Below are positions 31,008 through 39,222 of a stretch of DNA of 39,222 nucleotides, piece by piece. Both the position numbers and the translations under genes were made by a program. Source of the DNA: a virus (lineage: Duplodnaviria > Heunggongvirae > Uroviricota > Caudoviricetes); the IMG/VR virus record IMGVR_UViG_2690316149_000015, positions 1 through 39,222 of that record. One strand, written 5' to 3'. The notes beneath the pieces are model-generated. The model was not told the DNA's origin and did not search any database. It saw only the letters and a program-made list of their open reading frames with translations. The stretch's first letter is position 1, and each line of letters starts with the position of its first letter.

Positions 31008-31053
31008 ATTCGTAATGCGAAGGTCGTAGGTTCGACTCCTATTATCGGCACCA
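31008..31053 (+). other. partial tRNA-Thr (thrW-like) 3' fragment; island att core
   Basis: ATTCGTAATGCGAAGGTCGTAGGTTCGACTCCTATTATCGGCACCA matches my recollection of the thrW 3' 46 nt from the anticodon loop to CCA; the 5' half of the tRNA is not upstream. Confidence 0.65.
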
Positions 31054-31381
31054 TTTATATCAAGCAATTACGATTAAATCCTCTCTTTGTCTGCATCATG
31101 ATTTTTTCCGTGTAACTCCATGTGTAAGTAATTTTCGTCAACATAAATCAACAATAGAGCATCCGTATCTCAGATTGGCTCAGTCTTGTTGATTTTTTCA
31201 TCTTGATGAAACAATATTTCTGATATTGATGTTGGACATTTGGGGGGCAGCTTAGCAGGCCTGTACAGGTTGTTTCATTGATTATTACTCTATATGCCTG
31301 CCCTTTTAGATAGCCCTTTCCTGTCTACTTCCATCTATGGTGTAATCCCTTGCGAGATTAAGGTTTCTTTCGAGAGATAGT

Positions 31382-32041
31382 ATGGAATTATTCGAAAATT
31401 ATTTGTCAGCGTTACCTAAAAAAAAGCGATTGAGTAAAGTCAAGTTGATTATCCTAAAGAGATTATGGGTTTCAGATGATTTTGATTTTCCTAAACCTTG
31501 GGTCCCATCGACAGAATTACTGGAATTGACAGGGCAAAAGTACTTCGATAGACGAACAAGAGAGTTGCGTGATGAACTAGGCTGTGATCTCGAAAGCTCG
31601 TACATTCCGGAATTCTCGGGACATGCTTGGCGGCTGAAATCAAGCATGATTGCCCCGCCAATGGAAAGGGAATATCTGACAGAATCACAACGATCCAGTT
31701 TATTTTCTAACTGCAGCAATACATGTGCAACATGTGGTAAAACTGTTGCCGCTGGGGTCAGGGGGCTACAAGCGGATCACAAAATACCTTTGTCACGCGG
31801 TGGTGGAAATGAGTTAACCAATTGGCAAGCTCTTTGCCACAATTGCAACGTAGGTAAGAGAAGAGCATGTGAGGGATGTACTGAAGATTGTTACACATGC
31901 TCATGGGCATTTCCTGAAAAATTTGGGATAACAACAATGCTCCATCTGCCAGAAGCTAGTTTAAGAAGAGCCCAACAACTAGCTGATGCAAAGGGTTTTT
32001 CTTTAGACGAAATCGTTGACTACGCAATACGCAAGCTTTGA
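31382..32041 (+). CDS. HNH endonuclease with N-terminal putative recognition domain and C-terminal RHH-like tail (candidate restriction endonuclease)
   Basis: 219 aa; zinc-binding HNH core (CATCGK...QADHKIPLSRGGGNELTNWQALCHNCN) plus a second Cys cluster (CEGCTEDCYTC); the 3' end overlaps the convergent methyltransferase gene by 22 bp. Confidence 0.8.
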   Translation: MELFENYLSALPKKKRLSKVKLIILKRLWVSDDFDFPKPWVPSTELLELTGQKYFDRRTRELRDELGCDLESSYIPEFSGHAWRLKSSMIAPPMEREYLTESQRSSLFSNCSNTCATCGKTVAAGVRGLQADHKIPLSRGGGNELTNWQALCHNCNVGKRRACEGCTEDCYTCSWAFPEKFGITTMLHLPEASLRRAQQLADAKGFSLDEIVDYAIRKL

Positions 32042-33090
32042 ACATCATTCGATTCCAGTGGTGATGCCAACTGTTTTTTTTTCATTAGATCAACCGCTTC
32101 GAGTGCTTTACGAATTTGCCTTCCTGTTGCTTCGGCAACAGGAGGAGGAAAAGCGTTACCTACTTGACGATAAGCAGCTGTTTTTTTCCCAGAGAATTCC
32201 CACCAGTCCGGGAAACCTTGGATTCGTGCAGCCATTCTCACCGTCAAACGAGGCATATTTTCAAGACCTGCTCGAATATTTCCGTCTCTTCCAATATACC
32301 CAGTAAACCCCTTTTCAGGGCTACTATCAGCTATGGAATGCCCGTTGACTCCAAGCGCTTGCCAAGCTTTTTTGGCTCTCGTCGGTCCAAGGTCTGGACC
32401 TCCATGCTTATGGGAACCGCCAACAAGTGTAGGGGCTATATTGTTAGCGGCCTTTCTCCATGCCTCGGCTCCTTCCCAGCCACCCTGTGACATTAAGTCA
32501 AAGAGAGCATCACCCACAGTCGGTGGTATCAACGTTTCACTCGGCCAACGAAAATGAGCGGAATACTTACCACGCAATGCAACTAAAAGAACTCGGGGAC
32601 GAAGCTGAGGAACTCCGTAATCAGAAGCGTTATGAAGTTTCCAAAAGGTTTTATAACCCATTGCAGAGAAAGCATGATCTAGTTCTTGTCGGTATTGTTT
32701 AAACTTTGGGTCTAATAAACCTGAAACATTTTCAATCATTACTGCTTTTGGCTTAATGATGTTCACAATTTTGAGCGCTGTTGGAAACAAATCACGTTCA
32801 TCATCTTTGCCTAGTTGTTTCCCTGCTTTTGAGAATGGCGGGCAGGGCACTCCCCCTGCGACCAAGTCAATATCAGAAAAATTATATGCAGTATGTTCAG
32901 CAAAATGCTTAACGCAACCCTCTATGATATTTTCCCAACCTAAAGAATGGAGCTCATTGTTGAGGCGAAGAGTTTCGCAGGCTGCAGGATCAATCTCGAC
33001 GAGCGCGCGGTGAGTGAAGCCAGCGTTATGTAACCCTAGAGCTTGACCTCCTGCCCCTGCACAAATCTCTACAGATGTGTATTGTAACAT
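32020..33090 (-). CDS. DNA (cytosine-5)-methyltransferase
   Basis: 356 aa with canonical C5-MTase motifs: I (EICAGAGG), IV (GGVPCPPFSKAG), VI (ENV), VIII (QLRPRVLLVA), X (GNAFPPPVA). Confidence 0.9.
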   Translation of the reverse strand: MLQYTSVEICAGAGGQALGLHNAGFTHRALVEIDPAACETLRLNNELHSLGWENIIEGCVKHFAEHTAYNFSDIDLVAGGVPCPPFSKAGKQLGKDDERDLFPTALKIVNIIKPKAVMIENVSGLLDPKFKQYRQELDHAFSAMGYKTFWKLHNASDYGVPQLRPRVLLVALRGKYSAHFRWPSETLIPPTVGDALFDLMSQGGWEGAEAWRKAANNIAPTLVGGSHKHGGPDLGPTRAKKAWQALGVNGHSIADSSPEKGFTGYIGRDGNIRAGLENMPRLTVRMAARIQGFPDWWEFSGKKTAAYRQVGNAFPPPVAEATGRQIRKALEAVDLMKKKQLASPLESNDVQSLRIA

Positions 33091-33885
33091 GTCATTAAAC
33101 CTGTATATAAAAACAGTTGTATGTTTATCTGATCAGAGACCATTACGCAACAAATTGTACAAAACAAGTAGTACCGTCGCTATTGAACCGGTCAGCTTAG
33201 TTACTTGATTGCTGAATGACAAGGCAATCTACAACTTTGTTTTGGAATCCTATATTTATCAAATAACTAACATTCGACAGTACTATTGGCATTCTCTTGA
33301 TCAGACAGGCAGAATCTCATGTGGACTGAATAAAATGCCTTAGCTGAGTACGAAAAGAACTACTATCTGTTTACATGATTTTTTGTCCGTAAGATGCATT
33401 GCGTCCGCTGTAAATAGCAGACGCATTCTGCAGAGAACAAATGAATAAGAAAGATTGGCACGCTGCTTGTGGAATTCAGCTTTGGCTTCGTCGCAACATG
33501 TCGGTTGTTTGTCGTGCTCGTAAGATATCTACGGTCTGAAGATAATGTGATTGCTCCCGCCTGCTCAACACTCTGTTATCGATACGAATCAGTTCGTACT
33601 TATCTACTAGGAAGTTGACTGTATCGGCTAAGGGGAATCCCGTTTTCAATATGTACCTTCATAACAGTGTCGTCAATGCGCTGCGTATCGTTAAGAGTCA
33701 GGCTGTAGTGTTTGTCCTGCAGGTATGTAACTAGGGGCTGTCAGACGGTTACAGAGGACTTCGCCACACGTTTTCGGGATATAGGTAAAATTCTCATCGT
33801 CGGTTATTCTGCGAATAAAAGAAATTAATTGCGGACGGGTTTTTCGCGGTACGTCACTGTCGTATGGCAGCCAGCGTATCTTGGT

Positions 33886-34294
33886 TTATGCCCTGCTCCG
33901 TATTGTTATGTCGGTCGGTATGGCATAATGCAGTCCTAGCTTTTTCATCGCTGGCAAATGTACCAGTGCGAACCGAAGGGGGGATTCACCGATCATCCTT
34001 TTCGCATACAGCGTGACGGTCTGCTGATGACGGGGATTCAGTTCACCGCTGGTGAACATGAGTTCCAGTTGTTTCATCAGCAGTGGAAAGGCTTGGTCCA
34101 GATGGTATGCATCCGCATCGCTGAACCGGCCTCTGATACCGGCGCGGTCTGCAAGGTAATGCAACTGATTGCCCTCCTGCACCAGACGGGCGCCAAAACG
34201 GGGTGTCACTGTCACGAACGGTGCAGGGCAGCCCCCACCAGGGGCGGTCGTGATTGTCGTCGGGATAATTTGTTTCATGGAGCGTGTCTGACAC
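33886..34294 (-). pseudogene. CbeA/YeeU/YfjZ-family antitoxin, frameshifted and 3'-truncated; cognate toxin absent
   Basis: MSDTL..DDNHDRPWWGLPCTV is in one frame (ORF 34043..34294), the continuation TVTPRFGARLVQEGNQLHYLADRAGIRG...TLYAK in another (ORF 33886..34308); family resemblance stops after TLYAK at about 34000. No toxin-sized ORF downstream. Confidence 0.6.
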
Positions 34295-34373
34295 GATAAA
34301 ATCCTCACAGAAAATCGGTTAAGAACGGTCAGGTAATGTCGATAATTCTGCTCATCAGAATGCCCTTACTGAC

Positions 34374-34595
34374 TCAGTTCAGAGTGACGCTCATCAGCCG
34401 GACATACGGGCCAAAACTGTCCTTACGGCGTTCTGCAAACACGGCCAGCACACCGGGAATATCCTGCACTTCACGACCGGTATACTCTTCAGTGCTGCCG
34501 TGCCAGCGGTACTTACCGGCACAGAACGGGAAAAGACGGGATGCAGGATGCTGGCGGTGAATACGCATGGCTTCACCACGGGTGATAATTTTCAT
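34374..34595 (-). CDS. DUF987-family protein (YeeT/YkfH/YpjJ-like)
   Basis: 73-aa translation MKIITRGEAMRIHRQHPASRLFPFC... recognised as the YeeT family; conserved position between the RadC-like gene and the antitoxin. Confidence 0.85.
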   Translation of the reverse strand: MKIITRGEAMRIHRQHPASRLFPFCAGKYRWHGSTEEYTGREVQDIPGVLAVFAERRKDSFGPYVRLMSVTLN

Positions 34596-34657
34596 AATGG
34601 GATACCTCTGAAGACAGAAGATAAAAGTGAAAACAGGTGTGATGTGGTTGTGAAGGG

Positions 34658-35149
34658 TTAAAGCAGACCATGTTCGGCAAAGGAGAAAACCTGGTTGCCA
34701 CCGACTATCAGATGGTCCGGCACCCGGATATCCACCAGAGCCAGTGCCTGTACCAGACGCTCAGTGATAAGCCGGTCTGCCTTACTGGGTGTAATTTCAC
34801 CGGACGGGTGATTGTGTGCCAGCACCACGGCAGCGGCATTGTGGTACAGGGCGCGTTTAATCACTTCCCGGGGATGGACTTCCGTGCGGTTGATGGTGCC
34901 GGTGAAGAGGGTTTCACCGGCAATCAGCTGATTCTGGTTGTTCAGATACAGCACCCGGAACTCTTCACGCTCTAGTCCCGCCATGTTCAGAATCAGCCAT
35001 TCCCGTGCTGCACGGGTGGAGGTGAAGGCCACGCCGGGTTCATGAAGATGGCGGTCCAGGGTTTTCAGGGCCCGCAGAATGAGACTGCGCTCGCCGGGCG
35101 TCATCTCTCCGGGCAGAAAGGAAAGCTGCTGCATTGTCCCTGCCTCCAT
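34658..35149 (-). CDS. RadC-like JAB/MPN-domain protein (YeeS/YkfG/YfjY-like)
   Basis: 163 aa with the JAMM-like motif HNHPSG; conserved in CP4-type islands. Confidence 0.9.
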   Translation of the reverse strand: MEAGTMQQLSFLPGEMTPGERSLILRALKTLDRHLHEPGVAFTSTRAAREWLILNMAGLEREEFRVLYLNNQNQLIAGETLFTGTINRTEVHPREVIKRALYHNAAAVVLAHNHPSGEITPSKADRLITERLVQALALVDIRVPDHLIVGGNQVFSFAEHGLL

Positions 35150-35632
35150 TCAGTCGATGATGCGCATAATGGCGCTGCATTCCGGATGCTGCAGGGCGTA
35201 ATCCCGCAACCGGTAATAATGGACCGTCATGGCATAACACTCCGTACGACAGGCATGATGACTGTACGTCATCAGACAGGCGGTAATGCCAGCTGCTTTC
35301 GGGCTCATTTCAGCGCGGTTACCGTTCATGGCACTGAACAGTATCCAGGTTTCATCATCGTCATCCGGTTCAGGGGCCATAAATGCCCCGCCGTTGTTCA
35401 GGGGGTACAGATTCCAGATACCACCACAGTAGTCTTCACACAGACGGTCCATCCAGCCAAAGATACGGGGCTCCAGGGTTACCCACTGTGGAATGAGGCT
35501 AAAGTGCTGCGGCCAGAAGCTGATGCGCTGTTCATCAGGGACGGGAGTGGCAACCAGTTGAGACTGGTTATTCCCTGATGCCGCAGTCACGGAAACAGAA
35601 GGTGTGGTGGAGCTATGCGAAAAGGTTGTCAT
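35150..35632 (-). CDS. antirestriction protein, ArdB/KlcA-like (YfjX/YafX family)
   Basis: 160-aa translation recognised as the YfjX/YafX family (WNLYPLNNGGAFMAPEPDDDD...); start overlaps the radC-like stop. Confidence 0.8.
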   Translation of the reverse strand: MTTFSHSSTTPSVSVTAASGNNQSQLVATPVPDEQRISFWPQHFSLIPQWVTLEPRIFGWMDRLCEDYCGGIWNLYPLNNGGAFMAPEPDDDDETWILFSAMNGNRAEMSPKAAGITACLMTYSHHACRTECYAMTVHYYRLRDYALQHPECSAIMRIID

Positions 35633-35723
35633 GAGATTATTCCTTATAAAAAGTAAATGAATGGAAGAATGCCTGGGGACTGGTACAGACGTGAGTCAGG
35701 GCTGCACTTTCAGGGAAACAGCA

Positions 35724-36602
35724 TCAGCGCATGCTCTTCAGCAGCGTTTCTGCCATCACCCACAATGCGCGATTGAGCTTAATGTCCGTGTCGATGCTGT
35801 GAATGGCACGGGTGTGGATACGTTTTCCTTTAGCGCTGCGACCGGAAATCCCGCCTTTCAGCATATTTTCCTGGATGGTCTGATAAGCACTCCACAGGTC
35901 CTTACCGTAATCCTCCCGGCGTCGTGGTGTCAGAATGTCAGCGGTGGTGACCGGCTGATGTTTATCACCATAACGGTAAGTCAGTGCCGCCTGTGCCAGC
36001 GCCTGACGTGCCGGTGGCGGCAGAACCAGCGACTGCATGGCATCACGCTTCTCCTCTATCCGGTCAAACACGCCCACCACCTCGTAAGCCCCTTCAATAA
36101 CTTTCTCCACCACATTTCCCCGGTGCGGAACACGCACTTCCCCCAGAGACTGACCACAGACACACCCGTTCTGGCAGACGAACCTGAAGTAACCCGGCAG
36201 CATCTGGTAGCTGGAGGTACCGTCATGGGAGTTGAGCAGAATGATTTCAGGGACATGTTGTCCGTTTATCTCCCCGTCACGGCGCAGACGCAGCATGTGT
36301 TTGGTATACCCCCGGCGGCCCGGGTCACGTACGCGGGTCTGGCAGGCGAAGAATGGCTGAAAGCCTTCCCGCTGCAGGCTTTCCAGCACTGTGATGGTGG
36401 GGATGTACGAATACCGTTCACTGCGGGAGGTATGCCGGTCTTCCCCAAAAATGCTGGGAACATAGTGCATCAGTTCTTCATGGGTCAGTGGGCGGTCACG
36501 GCGTATCTGATTAATCCGTCCGAAGCGACTGGCTAATCGCATAATTAACTCCTTATCTGATAATGAAATAAAAGCAAAAAGGCCATGTCCCCGGAGGAAC
36601 AT
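35724..36602 (-). CDS. DUF932-family protein (YfjQ/YafZ-like)
   Basis: 292 aa; family recognised from conserved CP4-island gene order and sequence. Confidence 0.75.
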   Translation of the reverse strand: MFLRGHGLFAFISLSDKELIMRLASRFGRINQIRRDRPLTHEELMHYVPSIFGEDRHTSRSERYSYIPTITVLESLQREGFQPFFACQTRVRDPGRRGYTKHMLRLRRDGEINGQHVPEIILLNSHDGTSSYQMLPGYFRFVCQNGCVCGQSLGEVRVPHRGNVVEKVIEGAYEVVGVFDRIEEKRDAMQSLVLPPPARQALAQAALTYRYGDKHQPVTTADILTPRRREDYGKDLWSAYQTIQENMLKGGISGRSAKGKRIHTRAIHSIDTDIKLNRALWVMAETLLKSMR

Positions 36603-36631
36603 GGCCTGATGGAATATATTATTGCTGATGA

Positions 36632-37570
36632 TTAATGTTGCTGATTTTTCTCTTTAACTTTTGACCATGAGGGGCGTCGGTTGCCGGAAAATTCCTTCTG
36701 CATTGACCAGTAACCAATCGGGAACTGCTTCACCAGCACCCCGTTGATACCAATATCGACGGACAGATACTGACCGTTGTTGATGCTGCCCTTGCGGATG
36801 TACGCATCCGCACTGCAGGTGCCGGTATCATACTGCCGCCATGTTGCGGTATCGCGGGCGGCAACATAAAAATCACCGAAAGCACAGCCCGTTGCTGACT
36901 TACGATTCAGAACGGCAACGTAATACTTAGTGTTGGCTATAATGGCGCAACTGCTGCTCTGACCGCCGCAGACCTGCCATAACGTTTTGCCGCTGTCACC
37001 CTTAAAGGTCCAGATAGTGTCTGCCGGTGCGCCGTCTGTATGTGTTACTGGCAATGCCGGAGCCTGCTGCACTGGTGTAACGTCGGGTACGTCGCGGCGT
37101 AATAGTCGTGCTTCAGCATCCCCGACATCGCCAAACATGTTTTCCTCTCCGCTGTTGTAATAAAAACCGGCAATAACATGTTCTGAGGGGATATACAGTA
37201 TTTTCAGATAATGGTCACCGCAATTACCCCGCTCACAGACAGACCCCAGCAGCCACTTCTCGTCACCAACGATCACCGGAATTAATCCACTGTCAGGGCC
37301 GTTCATGGAGCCCTGTTTTCCCGTTAACCCGGTGAGTCCTGCTGACTTCAGCGCATCATCAAGGTCTTTCTTGAATACCGGGTCAGCATCGTAGATACTG
37401 CCCAGAAAGGGGCAGGAACCGTATCCGTTTTCATTATCACCAGCATCAGGATCACAGCGCATTGCATCTGCTGCCGTTTTTGCGACACCGGCAGCGTAAA
37501 CTCCGGTGGAAATAAAACAAAGCGAGGATATCAGTATTACCTGTTTTAATTTACGTAATACAAGAAACAT
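36632..37570 (-). CDS. hypothetical secreted protein (signal peptide, Cys-rich)
   Basis: 312 aa; N-terminal hydrophobic signal with AxA-like cleavage site (VYAAG); multiple cysteines; no recognised catalytic motif. Confidence 0.6.
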   Translation of the reverse strand: MFLVLRKLKQVILISSLCFISTGVYAAGVAKTAADAMRCDPDAGDNENGYGSCPFLGSIYDADPVFKKDLDDALKSAGLTGLTGKQGSMNGPDSGLIPVIVGDEKWLLGSVCERGNCGDHYLKILYIPSEHVIAGFYYNSGEENMFGDVGDAEARLLRRDVPDVTPVQQAPALPVTHTDGAPADTIWTFKGDSGKTLWQVCGGQSSSCAIIANTKYYVAVLNRKSATGCAFGDFYVAARDTATWRQYDTGTCSADAYIRKGSINNGQYLSVDIGINGVLVKQFPIGYWSMQKEFSGNRRPSWSKVKEKNQQH

Positions 37571-37635
37571 GATTATTTTTACTCCATCCTGTTTATATAA
37601 AAGAAACGGGCTCCGTGAAGAGCCCTGTAAAAAAT

Positions 37636-38046
37636 TTAAAAGTCAATGGTATTAAGACCGACATTCTTTTTGATGGAGGGATCGTAAATAACAACGGTAA
37701 GATGGTCTTTGTCTGAAGAACGGACAAACTTAGCGGTGGCCTCACCACTGCATGTTGCATGACGGTTATAATCCATCATTTTACCTTTGCTGGTAGCAAG
37801 ATTGACAACGATGATATAAGGATCATAACAGGCCGAACCTCCCGGACTGCTCAGCAAGGCATATTTGCCATCATCAGAGACACCAATGAGGCTGCATATC
37901 CCGTCTTTTACATCCTCACTTCCGCACATCTGCTCACTTCCATCTTTCACATCAATCACAGTACGGGGTAATTTAACCTCTGTAGCATTAACTGATGCAC
38001 TCAACAACAAACCTGAAACTATTAATGACAATATAAACGCTTTCAT
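37636..38046 (-). CDS. hypothetical secreted protein
   Basis: 136 aa; signal peptide MKAFILSLIVSGLLLSASVNA; several cysteines. Confidence 0.6.
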   Translation of the reverse strand: MKAFILSLIVSGLLLSASVNATEVKLPRTVIDVKDGSEQMCGSEDVKDGICSLIGVSDDGKYALLSSPGGSACYDPYIIVVNLATSKGKMMDYNRHATCSGEATAKFVRSSDKDHLTVVIYDPSIKKNVGLNTIDF

Positions 38047-38136
38047 ATACTCATCCTGTTTATCATTACGGGGGATATATTCCTTTTATCTGCTCATGAA
38101 CCACAAGCAGGGCCTGTTGTCGGCCCTGTGGAATAA

Positions 38137-38361
38137 TTAACGTTCGTCCCGGTCCCGTAAAACCTTTCGCGCCAGACGTTTTTCCATCTCCGTTACACTG
38201 CTGAAAATACCGTTGTCGGTGATAATTCTCTTTAGCTCTTCGCTGCTCCTGGTCTCCAGTCGGTCATGAAGAGTTTTTACCTCCTGTGCACTGTTGAGGG
38301 CGTCTTTTGCAACCTCTTTAAGCAGTTTCCCGGTTACACTCCAGAATCCCATGGGAGCCAC
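38137..38361 (-). CDS. hypothetical small protein
   Basis: 74-aa ORF in an operon-like array downstream of the zinc-ribbon gene; no motif. Confidence 0.4.
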   Translation of the reverse strand: MAPMGFWSVTGKLLKEVAKDALNSAQEVKTLHDRLETRSSEELKRIITDNGIFSSVTEMEKRLARKVLRDRDER

Positions 38362-38363
38362 CT

Positions 38364-38513
38364 TTACAGATAACCGTTATCTTTGCCCCACTCACACCCG
38401 CAGTCCCGGCACATCCAGCCATCGGCCCAGGGAATGGTGTCGTGGGAGCCACAGTCCGGGCAGCGTTTGCCGGAGGTCGGGTTACCGGGTGTGATACGTC
38501 TTATTTTCATCAT
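38364..38513 (-). CDS. small zinc-ribbon protein
   Basis: ORF 38364..38570; likely start MMKIRR at 38513 after an AAGGA ribosome-binding site; CxxC...CxxC (CPDCGS...CRDCGC); start sits 1 nt after the WYL regulator stop. Confidence 0.5.
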   Translation of the reverse strand: MMKIRRITPGNPTSGKRCPDCGSHDTIPWADGWMCRDCGCEWGKDNGYL

Positions 38514-38514
38514 G

Positions 38515-39222
38515 TTATCCTTCTGTTGCGGGTTGATGTGGTTCAGGGCATAAGCCGGACAGCACTTCACCTATGAACCGGAAATGAGGTAATGCCTGTA
38601 AAAATTTCGGGCGAGAAAGGATGTCGCGCACCGTGGCGTCGGGTGTAAAAGTGTCCGGATGAAGCGTGACGCACCGGATATCAGTCAGTGGCAGTGCGAT
38701 GATGCGTGTCTGGTGTGCCCCTGTCAGATACCAGCTACCGGCATGCAGAACCAGGCGGTAGGGTGAGATATCCGTATGGTTGCATCCGTTGCCGTGCAGA
38801 GTCACTTTCCGGTATTCCTGGACAGCATTTACCAGCCGGATAAAGACTCCACTGTCGGTGACGGTCTGTGCAGAATCTCCCTGCCAGATAAGGCAGGGAG
38901 ATTCACCCGGCCCACCCAGAAGTGAACTGACCAGATGTCCGTCAAGTCCCGGAAACAGGGACTCAACGCCCGACTGACGGGCAAAGGTTATCACTGCCAG
39001 TTCCCGCTGACGGCTGCCGGACAGCAGACGGCACTGGCCCTGTCGATACTCCAGGTCCAGGTACATCAGTCGTTCACGAAAATCCCGGCGCAGGGTACGA
39101 ACTGACACGTCAAATTCAGCAGCCAGTTTGCGTATATCCAGCGTTTCGCCTGCCACCAGACGGCTAATAATTATCGACAGTCTGACGGCAAGCCGGTCAT
39201 GGCGATGCTCAGCCTGAGTCAT
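38515..39222 (-). CDS. HTH-WYL domain transcriptional regulator (YfjR-like)
   Basis: 235 aa; N-terminal HTH (LAVRLSIIISRLVAGE...) and WYL motif (HAGSWYL); ATG lies at the window edge, so the N-terminus is probably complete but cannot be confirmed. Confidence 0.8.
   Translation of the reverse strand: MTQAEHRHDRLAVRLSIIISRLVAGETLDIRKLAAEFDVSVRTLRRDFRERLMYLDLEYRQGQCRLLSGSRQRELAVITFARQSGVESLFPGLDGHLVSSLLGGPGESPCLIWQGDSAQTVTDSGVFIRLVNAVQEYRKVTLHGNGCNHTDISPYRLVLHAGSWYLTGAHQTRIIALPLTDIRCVTLHPDTFTPDATVRDILSRPKFLQALPHFRFIGEVLSGLCPEPHQPATEG

Noticed and set aside
30940-31053. A complete tRNA-Thr gene
   Set aside because: Only the 3' 46 nt match; the upstream 60 nt are unrelated to the tRNA 5' half.
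33441-33539. 32-codon ORF (MNKKDWHAACGIQLW...) in the ORF-less gap as a toxin remnant
   Set aside because: No resemblance to CbtA-family toxins, wrong strand relative to the antitoxin, and no ribosome-binding site; probably fortuitous.

Overview
Mosaic prophage/genomic-island window, apparently enterobacterial (E. coli-like); all calls rest on reading the supplied ORF translations and sequence, with no database search run. Layout: (1) 1-3227, a lysis cassette (holin, lambda R-like endolysin, Rz/Rz1 spanins), an AT-rich moron, and an HNH-TerS-TerL packaging start cut by a complete IS3 (3228-4485, no target duplication). (2) 4486-26179, an e14-family prophage late region: second moron, HNH, TerS, intact TerL, HK97-type portal/protease/capsid, Mu-like contractile tail and baseplate, a Pin-invertible tail-fibre segment with both crossover sites identifiable, the pin invertase, a GIY-YIG nuclease cargo gene where e14 carries mcrA, and a 62-nt tRNA-Ser 3' fragment as probable attR. 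(3) A perfect 3011-bp tandem duplication (23268-26278 / 26279-29289) that duplicates pin, the GIY-YIG gene and the att fragment. (4) 29291-31007, an AT-rich islet with an AppY/EnvY-like AraC regulator and an IS2-like remnant. (5) A 46-nt tRNA-Thr 3' fragment (31008-31053). (6) 31054-39222, a CP4-6/CP4-57-like element on the minus strand (frameshifted CbeA-family antitoxin with no toxin, DUF987, RadC-like, antirestriction, DUF932, two secreted proteins, zinc-ribbon protein, WYL regulator) whose tRNA-proximal cargo is a convergent, 3'-overlapping HNH endonuclease / C5-cytosine methyltransferase pair. The best candidates for an undescribed defence function are the GIY-YIG cargo gene and the HNH/C5-MTase pair, followed by the two AT-rich morons beside the packaging genes.
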